From Carcharhinus amblyrhynchos (taxonomy: Eukaryota), in NCBI GenBank assembly GCA_965287045.1, contig OZ336875.1, forward strand, positions 31,000,001 to 31,064,000: a stretch of 64,000 nucleotides of DNA. The letters are read 5' to 3'. Below are positions 38,810-52,458 of the stretch, in pieces; within the stretch, counting starts at the first letter, position 1, and each line of letters begins with the position of its first letter. The position numbers and the translations under genes were made by a program. A model generated the notes under the pieces. The model saw nothing but the letters and a program-made list of their open reading frames with translations, ran no database searches and had not been told where the DNA came from.

Positions 38810-39092
38810 GTTAGCATTGCTGCCTCACAGCGCCAGGGACCAGGGTTTCATTCCCGGGTTGGGTCACTATCTGTGCAGAGTCCGCACATTCTCCTCATGC
38901 CTGCGTGGGTTTCTTCTGGGTGCTCTGGTTTCCTTCCACAGTCCAAAATAAGTGCTGGCTAGGTGCATTGGCCATGCTAAATTCTCTCTCAGTGCAGCTG
39001 AACAGGCACTAGAGTGTGGCAGCTAGGGGATTTTCACAGTAACTGCATTGCAGTGTTAATGTGAGCCTACTTGTGACACCAATAAATAAACA
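38810..39092 (+). mobile_element. V-SINE, alternative tail
   Basis: Head, V-domain and ...GCCTACTTGTGACACCAATAAATAAAC. Confidence 0.85.
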
Positions 39093-40041
39093 ATAATTAA
39101 TAGACTAAAACTAGAGTTTATGGACATTTAAACTCTCGGTCCTCCTACACAATATATAAAAGCACTTGCTGAAAGGCCTTGAAACTTGGTGTTTTGTGAA
39201 TTAAAACCGCCAGCGAATTTCAAATTCCTGACACAACCTATGTTTCATATGCAGAATTCCCAATAAAGAATTCATGTCAGATAGCATATATAGCTTTGGA
39301 CATTCAGAGGCAGAAGCCAACCCTCAGCGATTGATTGATATCACTAAAGTTTATAAGCTTACCCCCAAATCATCTTATTCTCCCTGCGATTTTCATTTTT
39401 CCAATTTTTGCTTTCATGTTGGTGTTTTGCATTTTCCATTGTGTCTGCACAGTTTGAACTAACAATGGCTGCTATGGTCACCAAACTTTTCCTTTGAGGT
39501 TTGTATCAATTGATAGGAAGGATGTGGTTGACAAGGCTGTCATAAAAAATAAGGAGTTTGAGCAGAAAGTGTATAACATGGTTTTTCCCTCCTGACAAGG
39601 AATGAGTACTTTAGTGAAAAGAAAGAGAAGGACTTAAACTGAGTTACGCTACTTGTATCTATGCATCTTGGTGTTGAATTTCCACTGGGTGTCTCCCAAT
39701 TGCCATTATTTTAATAAGATCTTAGAAGTCTGTAGGAATAACATAAACATCATTGATGCCATTTTACCAGACTTTTCTGTCCAAATTCTGGTGGATAACT
39801 GGAAGAATCTCAATAGAAATTCAATTGCCTTGAATTTGATCAGTTCTAAGGTGCATTGTCACCCTCCAATGAAAAGCTTTAATTCTCATTTTCTTCCACA
39901 ACACATAATGTGTAAGATTGTTCAGTGTAAAATGGGAGCAGTGGACCCAGACCAACCTTTGTCGAGTTCTTCTGCAGCGTAACCTTGAAGTTCAATATTT
40001 TTCGGATCATCTTTAAGGGGTAAACGTATGAATGCATTCTT

Positions 40042-40329
40042 GCACGGTGGCACAGTGGTTAGGACTGCTGCCTCACAGCGCCAAGGACCTGGGTTTGATT
40101 TCCATCTTGGGTCACTGTCTGTGCAGAATCTGCATGTTCTCCTCATGTCTGCGTGGGTTTCCTCTCATAGTCTGAAGGACATGCTAATTAGGTGCATTGG
40201 CCATGATAAATTCTCCCTCAGTGTACCCAAACAGGTGCCGAAGTGTGACAACTAGGGAATTTTCACAGTAATTTCATTGCAGTGTTAATGTAAGCCTACC
40301 TGTGGCGCTAATAAATAAAGTCTAAAACT
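40042..40329 (+). mobile_element. V-SINE, alternative tail
   Basis: GCACGGTGGCACAGTGGTTAGG... through to ...CTAATAAATAAAG. Confidence 0.87.
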
Positions 40330-40609
40330 TCTGGTATATAACCTCAGCTGCTGGAGTGCATATTGAGAATTTGGATGTGACTTTGGATGGAAAATCATGT
40401 TGGCTAGGTAGTTGACATTTCTGCTTCCGAGAGAGGGGTGCAAATTCCGAAAGTTGCCTCTGTAGTCTAGTATTTACTCGGGGGTACTTTCAGAATTCAT
40501 TATGTCATATGCCCTCTGTGCTGTGCATTTTTTTAATGTTCATATTCAACATTTTAAAAAGAATTAATCCATGAGATGTGAACATCACTGGCAAGGCCAG
40601 CATTTATTA

Positions 40610-41340
40610 TAAGAAATAGGAGTAACAGAAAGTCATTTGGCCCCTTCTAGTTTGCTCGGTGTTTCAAGAAGATGATCCCTGATCTTCCACATTAACTTAG
40701 GGTTGCCAGTTATGATTAACATGTATTGCTGGAGATGTAATTACAAGACTTGTCCCTGTGCTTCAGCCATTAGTGGGCCAAAACTAATTGGACAGCCATC
40801 CTTCCAATTTTCAATATATTTAATTCTGATAAAGAGAAATATTCAAAGAAAATGACAAAAATACTCCAAACTTTTTTGATGTCCTGATGATTTTCTTTCC
40901 CAGGAATGTAAACAGCAGTTCCCTGGAGATCAATCTTCAATTCCTAGGGACTCTAGGCCTATGCTGGAGGGTTGGCAACACTACCTCAACTCCACTTTCC
41001 TTGCCATATCGTTTAATTTCCTTCAAACTCAAAAATTATCGAACTCTGTCTAGAGTATGCTCAACTATTTAGCATCTGCAGCTCTCAGGAGTAGAGAATT
41101 TCAAAGACTCTCAACTCTTTGAGTGAAGAAATTTCTCCACATCTCAGTCCTAATTGGAGTTCCTAATCTCCTCAGTTGCTAATCAGTCCTAATAAGACCA
41201 GCCCCTCATTCTGAAATGATGACTCCCCCTCCCTCAGGTTCTAGGTTCCCCAGCTACGGGAAACATTTTTTCACCATCAACCCTGACAAGCCCTTTTAAG
41301 GTTTTTTTTATATTTCAATTAGATCACAACTCATTATTTC
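40610..41340 (-). mobile_element. CR1 LINE 3' end interrupted by a hAT element
   Basis: ATAAGAAATAGGAGTA... tail; the sequence resumes at 40984 with CCTCAACTCCACTTTCC, as in the uninterrupted copy near 62313. Confidence 0.7.
40698..40983. mobile_element. hAT (Blackjack-like) non-autonomous DNA transposon
   Basis: TIRs TAGGGTTGCCA / TGGCAACACTA; degenerate 8-bp TSD CATTAACT / CCTCAACT. Confidence 0.7.
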
Positions 41341-41944
41341 CCATTACTAATTACCCTTGGGAAGGTGGCAGTGAACACTTTCTTGAAGATAACTGAGCGG
41401 CTTGCTTGGTCATTTCAAAGGACAGTTAAGATTCAATCAAATTGATGTGGGTCTGGTGTCTTATACAGGTCAGACTGGCTAAGGACAGGACCTTTTCTTC
41501 CCTGAAGTATACCAAAGGGCTTTTACAAAATCCCAGTAGTTTCATGGTTTTCATTACGGATGTTCCAGATTCCGATTCCCCAGTTGCTTTGATAAGGATA
41601 AGAACTCACGTTTCCAGTACATTAGTCCAGGCCTCGGGATTGCTACATCAGTAACACAGCCACTTTGCTGCTGTGCTCCCAGAGTTAATCTTTTAAACTT
41701 GAGATGGATGAAAACTGAATGATGGACTATAATCACATAATGAATTATTACATTTGAAAATTATGGATTTGAAATTATAATTAAAAAGGCAATATCATTC
41801 CAAGACAGAAACCAGCTGATGGCTGAACAACGGATCCCCTGCTTAATGCTTTATATTGCAAGGTTATTTAAGGATATTACAGCAGATCTCTCCTGTAATG
41901 AACACATATTTAATGAAAATACACTAGTATTGCAAATACAATGC

Positions 41945-42143
41945 TTCCCTGCTGTTATCAGACTTTTGAAGTACCTCACTCTAAGTTGATCTTTCTTTAC
42001 ACCCTAGCTATGACTGTAACACTACATTCCGCACTCTCTCCTTTCCTTCCTTATGTATGGTATGCTTTGTATAGTGTGCAAGAAGCAATAATTTTCACTA
42101 AATACTAATACATGTGACAATAATAAATCAAATCAAAATCAAA
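41945..42143 (+). mobile_element. Rex1/Babar LINE extreme 3' end
   Basis: Similar to 12530-12735: CCCTGCTGTTATCAGACTTTTGAA...CATGTGACAATAATAAATCAAATCAAAATC. Confidence 0.8.
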
Positions 42144-43023
42144 TATTTAAAATGTTATAATTCATTTCTCAAGTAACATAATAAAAATTCACATAGAATG
42201 CAATTCCACAGAGAATGGGCAGAGAGTGGTGTGAGGGGAAAATGAGGATCAACAAGAATGTCAGGCCGAATTCATTTATTCTTGCTCTTAATCAAACGCA
42301 CTAAACAATAGTTCATTCCAGCTTAGCTACTAGAAGCTGTCTTGGCATTACGATTTCTGCTTGTGAAGCATGGCTTACAAACCTGAAGGTGCACCTTCAT
42401 TAGATTAGAGAGCCTTTTGAATTAGTGTCAAGAATGCAGCAATTTCAGATTGAGCTGAACTTGAACTTGTAGCTCTCTCCAGCTCATCAAATTGTCACTC
42501 AGTAATACTCAGCCCTGACACACTGAACAATGTTGCTGGTGCCAAAAGAGATCTGAGCATTCGCTCTCCGAGGGCCCCGTTGCACAAGAAAACCGTGCAC
42601 TGATCCTGGTAAAGGTGCAGGAACCTGATGACTCAACATATTCTGACATGTGAGAATAAAGGTTGAACATTTATGTATGCACACAAGCATATTTATTCTG
42701 CTAAAAGAGTGTCAATCAGAAAGCAATGGCACTGGGGCATCATAAATTTCTGAGCTGATCCTGAGGAACAGACACTAGCTGTCATGTCTGAACTAGCATT
42801 TCACTGCTGGGGTAATGGATGCCTTCATCTGGCCCAGCAGTCAGCAGATTGCCCTGTGTTGATGGATACTGTCAGCTGAATGCTACACTAGATTTCACTG
42901 CACAATAAACACGGCTCTCTGAGCCCATGCAAAGTGAAATCAATTTATCCTGTATGCTCTGCGCATGCTAAATAAAATTAATGTACTGTGTTGCTCTCTT
43001 TTCTTCCTGCTCCAATGTTTCAG

Positions 43024-43257
43024 GGAGTAAGGCAATGAATGGGTCTCCAGCTAAACTACAGCAGTATTATTGTTGGCCAACAGGAAGCACTACGGTGACG
43101 GAGGCACGGGTTTACAGAGAAACCAGGGGTCGCAGCAACAACGAGCCGCACATCAAACGACCAATGAATGCGTTCATGGTGTGGGCAAAGGACGAACGCA
43201 GGAAGATACTGCAGGCATTTCCAGACATGCATAATTCAAACATCAGCAAAATCTTGG
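43024..43257 (+). CDS. SOX6: SOX6 exon with N-terminal half of the HMG box: (G)[20 protein letters not shown]...[38 protein letters not shown](G)
   Basis: TTTCAG acceptor ending at 43023; GTGAGT donor at 43258; 234 nt, phase 1 to 1. Contains the SOX signature RPMNAFMVW and the SoxD-type [25 protein letters not shown]. Confidence 0.97.
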
Positions 43258-44327
43258 GTGAGTAACCAAAGGAAATGTCTCAGACAACACAATGAATACT
43301 CTCTCAGAACTTCCTCTGACAGTATGGTACCCAACTTATATGAATCATTATTGTAACGCTGCATAACACCAGAGTCAGAAGCCTGAAGTAAGTCTGTATC
43401 AGAAGCAACTTTCAACGGTGCAATAACTAAATTAACGTAGCTAATAATAGATATTTAGAATTTTAAAACATATATTCCCATTATACACTTAGCAGTAATG
43501 ACACGCGGTTGTTGATACTTTAAGGTAGATATCCATCCCACAATGGTGCAATTACTCTGAAAACCACACCATTTTTTTTAAATTGACAAGATGTTCTGTG
43601 GAGTTAGATCTACATGAGTTTTCTCAATTGTTTGTGATAGGATCTACTGAATCCTTGAAGTAACATGACAAAATCGACTTCAGTTCTTTGCGAAAAATAT
43701 TTCTTTTTCTCTCTGGGTTAACATAATAAAACAGAAAATTAAAGATAAGAAGGCAATAGCAAGTGTAAAGGATGTAAACAGTCAAACGCAGTCTCTTTAC
43801 AGCCTAGAAAAATGGTGCTTAATGAGTGCAATGTCATCAAGCTATATAAAATATTAGATGGTAGCATAAACCAGTTTATTTCTACAAATTAAGTCAAGGC
43901 AGAAGGAACAGAAGACATAAATAAGTTTAGGACAGATATCCGATTTATTTCATTTAAGCTATGATAAAGATTTTGAATATTCGAACAAATTATCTCTTCA
44001 AACAGCTGAAGAAAGTAGTGAAGAGTATTTCTTTAGCAACTTTGGAGCTACAGCGGGGGATTTTCTGGCCTCCCTGAGGCATGTTTCTCTTGGTGGGAGG
44101 TGGCATGTCATCCACTGCTGGTGGGAGCTTCTGGTCCCACCTCTGTCAATGGGATTTCCCATTGACTGTACACCACGCTTCCGGGAAACCCGCAGTAGGG
44201 ATATGCCATCAGTGGGAAACATAAGCTGTTGTTGGCCTGAACAGCTGGAAAATTCTAGCCATAGTTTTTTTAGTACAGATAAAACGTACGTTTTGCTTTA
44301 AAATTTTAATAGTTTTAAAGATTTTTA

Positions 44328-44489
44328 GGTTAGGTTGATTTGCTATGGTAAATTACCCCTTAGTGTTCGGGAAGCCAGCAGCATAGGTACATGGGTTTAC
44401 AGCAGGGATAGGGCCTGAGTCGGAATGTTGCCAGTGCAGACTTTATGGACTGAATGGCCACCTTCTGCACTGTAGTGATTCTATGATTC
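44328..44489 (+). mobile_element. 3' part of HE1-like V-SINE (CR1-type tail)
   Basis: GGTTAGGTTGATT...CCCCTTAGTGT...CCTTCTGCACTGTAGTGATTCTATGATTC. Confidence 0.8.
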
Positions 44490-46092
44490 CCACCAGGCCT
44501 CGATTTTTGAGTCTGGGGGAATAAGCCTGCATAAGGCCTCAAGTAGGAATTTGGGGTCACCCCCATCACTCCCATCCTTTGCTGATCAGGAACCCCCCCC
44601 CCCACCCACCAAGGTCTGGCTCCCCCACTTGGTTCTCCCTCTCCCCAGCCTTTAGAAGACCACCCCGCCTATGTCCAGCTCTCCTCAGGATCTCGCTCAC
44701 CTCCAGGAGCCAAGGGATTGGCATTGTGAATATTTTTCTTAGGTTCCGGCATACAAATGATCATGTTCACTCAGAGTGGAAAATATCTAGTGACCATGGG
44801 AAACCCAACACATTTTTAGATACTGGGATTATCCAGTCACACACAAAACAGGATCCATTCTGAATATTCATCCTGCAGAATCATGTATTGTAGGTTGCAG
44901 AGATGGACACCAACTAAAGCAGAAGGGCAGTACTGTGGGAAGTGTAGTCCAGTGTACTGTCCGCCTGACAAAGATGCAAGAATTGCCTGCGATTTAAAAA
45001 TCCAAATTCTATGAGCCCTCTGGCAGATAAGTGGATCATCGCGGTGACGGGGATCAAAAGGCAGGGCTGTGAGGGCCAAGTAACATTGAAATCTGCCTAG
45101 CAAGCTGCTGTTCGGACATCAATGGCTTGGAATCTTTAAAATCTCTCAATGATTTAACATACAGCTTTTTTTTATTCCTCCACTTCAGCACCTTAATTTA
45201 TGCTGTAATAAAATGAGCTATTCCTTTCAGAGAAGTGCTGATTGGTATTTGTACAACATTAATATGATTTAATCGAATACTGATTGATCATCACCCTTAC
45301 CCTCACCCCACCCCTCCCTCAGTTGATATCAACAGAGGTTCGTGATTGCAATATCCATAAAGTGAAGAGTTAAGTATGACACCATAAATATCAATTTATA
45401 CTATAATTATTAACATAAAATTAGCTCTTAATATTGAGTTGTTTCTATGATGAATGAGCGTTTTGCTTATTTAACTTCTAATAGTTACTGAACCATAATC
45501 CTTTCACCACTCCCGGGTTTGTTTCATTGATTGTAGGAGCCAGTTTATATAAGGAATAAATTTAGTTATAAATTCAAATCCCCCTATTTCTCTTGATATA
45601 TTTCTGAATTCATGTTGGATTTGAAATATTTATTGGAAATACATGTCAATCCATTTTGGCCAATTAATTATTTATTATATGATCAAATGCTGTATCTCAA
45701 TATTTATTAGGAATGCAATTTTGACACAAAATATGGGATCATACCACACGGGAAGGTTAACTCTTTCTGATCAGTTGTCAGTTACTTTAACATGCAGGTT
45801 ATCTCTGATATGACTGCCTCAAAAAGGAATTCCCTTCTATTGAATAATAGATCTGTGCCTTGAAAAGATGGTGTAGAATGTTCAAATGTGAATTGCCTGA
45901 TCAAATTATTCTGCTGTTTTAAAGTAGCATTTAATATCTTTTTAAAAAAAAATGAAAGGGAAGAAATCTTATACACTGACAACACATTAAGCTTTTGTTT
46001 GTTTGGATCCCATGATGGCATTTTAAGGTCTGATTTTTCTTGGGATTATAGATGTACAGAAGTAGGGATATATTAGGGATATGTAGAGATAT

Positions 46093-46388
46093 GGGCAGCA
46101 TGGTGGTTAGCATTGCTGCTTCACAGCGCCAGGGACCTGGGTTTGATTCCCAGCTTGGGTCACTGTCTGTGCAGAATTTGCATGTTCTCTCCGTGACAGC
46201 GTGGGTTTCCTCCGGGTGCTCCAGTTTCCTCCCACATTCTGAAAGATATGCTGGTTGGGGCATTGGCCATGCTAAATTCTCCCTCAGTGTACCCGAACAG
46301 GAGTGTGGCGACTCAAACATTTTCACAGTAACTTCATTACAGTGTTAATGTAAGCCTCCTTCTGACACTAATAAATATACTTTAACTT
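46093..46388 (+). mobile_element. V-SINE, alternative tail
   Basis: Full-length copy. Confidence 0.87.
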
Positions 46389-46629
46389 AAGTGGTTAAGA
46401 AGACCAGAAATGCCACTTTGCAATTTTATTCACAATTTTTAGAGTCCCGAATTCAAGCACAGCATCTGAAGAGCACTCATGTATATTTTTTAGAAGAGAA
46501 TTAGATCAGAACATATTGCCACTATCAGCATTGATGAGCTAAGACTTTGATGCCATCCAGTGCAATAAGAAGATTGAAAAATACTTCACAAGCGGCAGGT
46601 ATTGCTCCCCCTGCCTCATTTCATTTTTA

Positions 46630-46810
46630 CTTGCAGAGCTTACAATACTGAATGGTCGGATACCATCTGTAAGGAGGGAAAAGAGCTGATGTTTCAAACA
46701 TCAAACATCAGCTCTTTTCTCTCCTTACAGATGCTGCCAGACCTGCTGAGATTTTACAGCATTTCCTCTTTCACTTCAGATTCCAGCACCCGCAGTGATT
46801 TGCTTTTGTA
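46630..46810. mobile_element. Second Penelope-like palindromic element containing a 31-bp stem
   Basis: Arms 46664-46694 and 46703-46733 pair fully (one G.U); followed by GCTGCCAGACCTGCTGAGATTTT.CAGCATTT, recalled as typical of shark PLE-derived repeats. Confidence 0.6.
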
Positions 46811-48319
46811 CTGAATGGTTTGGGCTGGGAGTTTTCCTGCTAAAAGCAGTACATACAGAAACGGGATAAGATTTCCTAAGAGGAGAATTAGAGTATTCAC
46901 AACAGCTCCACCAACATCTAGAAGAAAGTGTTGGTTGAACACTTCGAGTTGTGGTTCACTATCAACAGATTTGCTGTGATGTAAAGTATTGTCCGTATTC
47001 CTGACACTACCTACAAACCCCAGAATAGTTGAGGATGGAATAATTTGACATTGTAGCTGATGTGTTTGGGGAAAAGGGAGAGCAAGTGATAAAAGTTGTG
47101 AGTAAGGCTAGTTTTTAAAACAAATCACCCCACACGCTGCTTCATGATAGCCATACATTTCATAAGGTTTTTATTTCAAACCTTTTTATATTTCTTATGC
47201 TCATGTAAGATGTCAATCCTGCTGAACAAAACACGTTTGGCACCCAATCTTGACCTCTAATGTTGCATTTAAAAGTTGGTTCAAACGTAGGTTGCTGAGT
47301 CTTACCTTTCTAAAGCCTCAGCCACGCTATTGTCTGATGAGAGTTACACTTGAATGGAAACAATTAATAAAAATATTGCACATTTAGCAACATAAGATTC
47401 GCACCTCCGTGAATGGAGTCCTGTGGCATGTATATTGTGATCCAAGCGTGAGTGTGAACTGACCTGTACGCTCCTTGACCACAATGAAATCCCCAGTCAT
47501 CCAAAAGGAAAGCTTTTTCTGCTTCAGTTACATTAAGTGACGGCATTCACTTCTGCAGTTTCTCTGAACAGTGGGTTTTTAATGTTACAAGGGATGGTAC
47601 CACGGTGCAAACAAAAGGGATTTCACGCATGTGCCAAGGAGTATTAGTATATGAATTTCAGAGCTCCAGTACAGTAAATATGCAGCCAGACACAAACGCT
47701 ACTTTTGAGTGTGGAATATCACTTGTTGCTTAAACGTGTCATTTTTCTCTTGCGCGGCATTTTAAATGCCAAGTAATGAATGAACTCAGGATCATTTTTG
47801 GAGGTAGCATCTCTGTTTGCGTTTCAAGAGAATAGATTAATTTAAATCTGATTTGAATTAAAGTGAGTCTACTTTGTCAGTCTGTGTTCAAGGAGGTTAG
47901 CAGACGTACAGAACGGCATGTGCGGCAGGACAAGTGATGTTTTCAGCCCTTCTCTCCCTATCCTGAAGCAAAATATGCACCACCTAAAAGCTCAAATCGG
48001 GCTACTGAAAATGCAATCCAGATGTGTCAGGCAGGTCTGTGTTGTGCAGTGCTGACTGTTGAACTTACAATTGGTTATATAGGAAGCTATTGAAGGACCA
48101 AGCTCCCTTATTGGCAGTCATATTATTCACATCGAACAGTGCAGGTTCAAATTAAGGAAAGTGGATTTTTCCCGATGTTCTGTCTGGTAGAACATACAAC
48201 GTGAAAGACACACATGATTTTGTATTCCGCAAGAAAGGAATACTTTTGACGCCAGCCTCATGCCTCATGGCTAGATTGCAAAGGTCTTTAAAAGGTGCGA
48301 GGAAACTGTGGCAGCCAAG

Positions 48320-48605
48320 GGGCAGAATTGTGGCACAGTGGTAAGCACTGCTACGCCAGGGACCCAGACTCGATTCCTGGCTTAGGGTCACTGTCTGTGC
48401 GGGGTGTACACATTCTCCCTGTGCCTGCACGAGTTTTCTCCGGGTGCTCCCACAGTCTGAAAGACGTGCTGGTTAGGTGCATTGATCATGCTAAATGCTC
48501 CCTCAGTGTACCCGAACAGGTGCCGGCATGTGACGACTTGGGGATTTTCATAGTAACTTCACTGCAGTGTCAATGTGAGCTAACTTGTGACACTAATAAA
48601 TACAT
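48320..48605 (+). mobile_element. V-SINE, alternative tail
   Basis: Near full-length copy. Confidence 0.87.
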
Positions 48606-49030
48606 TTTTTAATGCGTACTCCAAAATAACTCAGAGAAGCTCCATTTGTACAAAATGCAATATGGTGAAGTGAATTAAAATGTAAGCAACAATCATTCCC
48701 ATCTGATGGTGTGGTGAAGGAAGGCAACAAGATGATTAGGAGCAAAAATTCAAAATCAAATGCTCATTTGATTTGCCAGGGTGACCATTGTTAGTGTCTG
48801 TCAGTTTCAGATTGGACCAGACTTTTTTAAAAAATGTGTAACCAAGGGGTAATGGGAATGAATCCCTCAAGCTTGGAAAAAGTAGTATGAAAGGTGAAGT
48901 GAATTAGGAAGCAATGACAAGGTGACACCAAACTTTGGTTTTAAAAGCATGTGGATTGTAGGATGTAGGTAGATGCAGACAGGGTTAAATTCCTGCAAAG
49001 GAACTGCAGTGAGTTTCCACACAGTGAAAC

Positions 49031-49313
49031 TTAAAGTTTATTTATTAGTGTCACAAGTAGGCTTACATTAGCACTGCAATTAAGTTTCTGTGAAAATCCC
49101 CTAGTCGCCATATTCCAGCGCCTGTTCGGGTACACTGGGGGAGAATGTAGCATGGCCAATGCACCTAAGCAGCATGTCTCTCGGATTGCGAGAGGAAACT
49201 GGAGCACCCAGAGGGAACCCACACTGACACAGAGGGAATGTGCAAACTCCACACAGTGACCCAAACCAGGAATCGAACCTGGTTCCCTGGCACTGTGAGG
49301 CACCGTGCCACCC
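49031..49313 (-). mobile_element. V-SINE, alternative tail
   Basis: Reverse complement copy, tail-to-tail with the 48320 copy. Confidence 0.87.
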
Positions 49314-49619
49314 ATGTGAAGGTACACAGAAGAAGATAAGCGAGAATGATGTGGAGCTGATGGAGCTGACAGAGAGAGGTTGCGGTGATGTCAATCAATT
49401 TTAATTTCAGGGTTAAGATAAATTGGAGGATGGTGACTTAACATAGGTCAGCAAGGACACATTTGAGCATGTCAGGAAGAAAGTACAGTGTGGAGGTATG
49501 GCAGCAACTGGCAATCACTTCACTGATGAAAAAAATTCCCTTGTCTGAAATCCGAGATGGAAAGGTTGTGTGATTAAAGCATTTTGAAAGTCGCCAAATC
49601 CAATATGACCATAGGCCAT

Positions 49620-49816
49620 TCTGCCCATTTTTCAGAGAGAGAGAGGGAGCTGACTGGTGATGATTTAACCTTGGATCACCACACCTCAGGTGAGAAGCAA
49701 GGTTGAGAAGGCAGGGCCTTCATGAATAATCTCAGCCAATACGGGAATCAAACTCATGCTGTTGGTATTGCTCTGCATCACAAACCAGCTGTTCAGCCAA
49801 CCGAGCTAACCAGCCC
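49620..49816 (-). mobile_element. tRNA(Ile)-derived SINE
   Basis: Minus strand GGGCTGGTTAGCTCGGTTGGCTG...GAGTTTGATTCCCGTA resembles tRNA-Ile GGCCGGTTAGCTCAGTTGG...GGTTCGATCCCCGTA, followed by a non-tRNA body. Confidence 0.7.
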
Positions 49817-51876
49817 AAATATTGCCAGTCTACTGAACTGCCAATCCAAAAAGATTTTGAGACCCCCTTCCAACTTGTTAGTGCTCTTGCGCATGGACAG
49901 GAATCATACAATGCTCCAAAACAAGTCTAAAGCACAATAATCATAAATAATGGAAGAAAAGACCCATGGTGCTTCCGAATGAGGCTGCTTCCATCTTTGG
50001 TATTCATTACAGAAAAATAAATCCTTACCACAACAATTGTTCCAGAGAATCTGTTTCTCGTTAAATGATTTGTTGATGTCCCATTTCCTCCACAACAAAT
50101 CAATCTGTTAGAAATTAAGGCCCCTTCATTTAATATTTCTTCTACCATTTTCAAGCAAATGGGTCTACTTGCTTAATTACAAGATGAGGGGAAGCCTTCA
50201 CTCATAGTTTTATGTTATGGATAGTGTTTTGAAGTAGTATATAAAATCCAGGACAGTTCTGCTGGCAACAGCAGTGTATCTGTCAGTTTTAAACTGCTGT
50301 GTAGATTGAGTGGCAACATCAGGCCTGCCTTAAAGCATTTCCCTGACCAAGACCTCGTCAACTGTTCTTAATTACAATCAGTATGTTTATAATCACTCCA
50401 GCTACTTTATTTCGGTAATATCCTGAAAAATAGGACAAAAGGCTAGATTTGTTGTATTTCATCTCTCCCCAAAATAAGAAAGTCTTCATTTCATTTAGAT
50501 TGAATGAGTTAAGCATACTCGGAAGTTGTATTTTATTTTGTACGATGTTCACAGCCTGAGGAGGCTTTAATAATGAAACCTAATAATGATTGGAGAAAGT
50601 GTAGACACTGTATTGAAAAGTTCCTATCACAATGTTCCTATCACAGTGTTCCTATCGCTGCATCAGAGCATTTTAAATGTTCAAGACGAAGGAACTGCAG
50701 AGTCAGAATTACAACAAAAAGTTCCACATAGGTTTCCATTTTTCTTTTCTCTTTTGCTTGCTACTATGCTCTGCAACAAGTTGTCCCCAGGAGGATCGGT
50801 AGTGTATAGTAGGGTTAAGCCTTTACATCCTTACATTAATGCTTTCAACATTTTTCACTTGGCAGCCTCCTCAAAAAGGAAGACTTTAATGATAAAATGA
50901 AACATACAGTAGCGACTTAACCACTTCAGTTTAACTTCTATGTGCATTTTCTTTAAAATCAGGAACTTACAATGAAAGGGTGTCACCATCAATGCATTGA
51001 ATGTTTGCTTTCAAAAAGTGCCTTTTAATCATTTGGAACTTGCAGAAAGAAAGAAGCCATTGTACTTATCTACCTGTTACTAAGGGAATAGAAATATTGT
51101 AAATGGTTAAGAGGCAGATTGTGTGTAGGGTTGCATATTGTGAGGATTGATTGAGCAGTTGCAGGACTTACGTACAGCACATATGCAAGTGCAGGATGAC
51201 ATTTGCTGGTTGAATAGTAATTTCAGTCAAATCAAGCTCTAATCCACAGTTAACACTGTTGAGAACAGGAGTTAGTGAGGAGTTACCAAATAGCTAAACA
51301 ATGGCCCGGTGGATAAATGCACCAGATGGCATATCCCTGGCCTATGGAACATTCTCAAGGCACTGGCTTCAATGCTGCTTGTGGAAAGAGGAAGAAAATA
51401 TCAACCAATTTGTTCCATCCTAATTACACTTGCTGGAGTGAATAACTGGAATTTTATTGGTACACCCGCCTCGGAATTTTACTGGCACACCCGCCCTGGA
51501 ATCGGGGCAAGTGAGACTCACAGAATGGCATTCTCCGTTGGCCCTGAGCAGGATCTTATGAGCCTCGGGCAAGTGAGGCAGTAACATTCCACCATATGTC
51601 CATTTGGGTACTTAGTGAGGATAGTATCAAATTTGGTAGTAATGTGCCAGGTGGAAAGTAGCTTGCTGACATCAATGAGGAGGGTGACCATTTACCCGAT
51701 GAAAGGATTGGCAGCACTTGCAACCATTCATTCTGACCAAGAATCTTTGCAATTTCTTCCTCGTGATTTTTAATCAGACTTAATTCAGAGTTAAAACGGG
51801 ACACAATGCTTTTTGTGAACAGTGCCTTAGTTACAATGTTGCATTACCCAAGTTCTTGGATGGTGTACCCTGATGA

Positions 51877-52128
<252 letters not shown>

Positions 52129-52458
52129 TAAGCATAAGCATCTTCTATCTGATTCTGAAAGGTTGTGTTGGAAAGAAATGTTTGTTTGAGCAAAGCGGCA
52201 AACACTGTACGCCCACCGCCTTTATCTATTCAAACCAGCAGTCCCTTCCCACACATTCCAGTGGTAAGTTGCTCAATGGCATGCGAATGAGACCTGGCAT
52301 TTAAAATGCACCAAACCAGTAGAAACCCACTTTCAATTAATAGACCCCAGCCCCATTTACCTGTCTTTTAACATTTTTATTCACTTCTGTTTTTCAAATC
52401 ATTCTGCAAAATTGTTCCCAACCTTTCTTGAATTTTCTCTTCAACAATTGTGTTATAT

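Noticed and set aside
49740-49816. tRNA genes at SINE heads (here and in the V-SINE copies)
   Set aside because: They are degenerate, lack an intact cloverleaf and continue into repeat bodies.
50620-50658. Short tandem duplications (14-bp unit here; also about 19357-19390 and 51448-51498)
   Set aside because: Two to three copies of short units, consistent with ordinary replication slippage.
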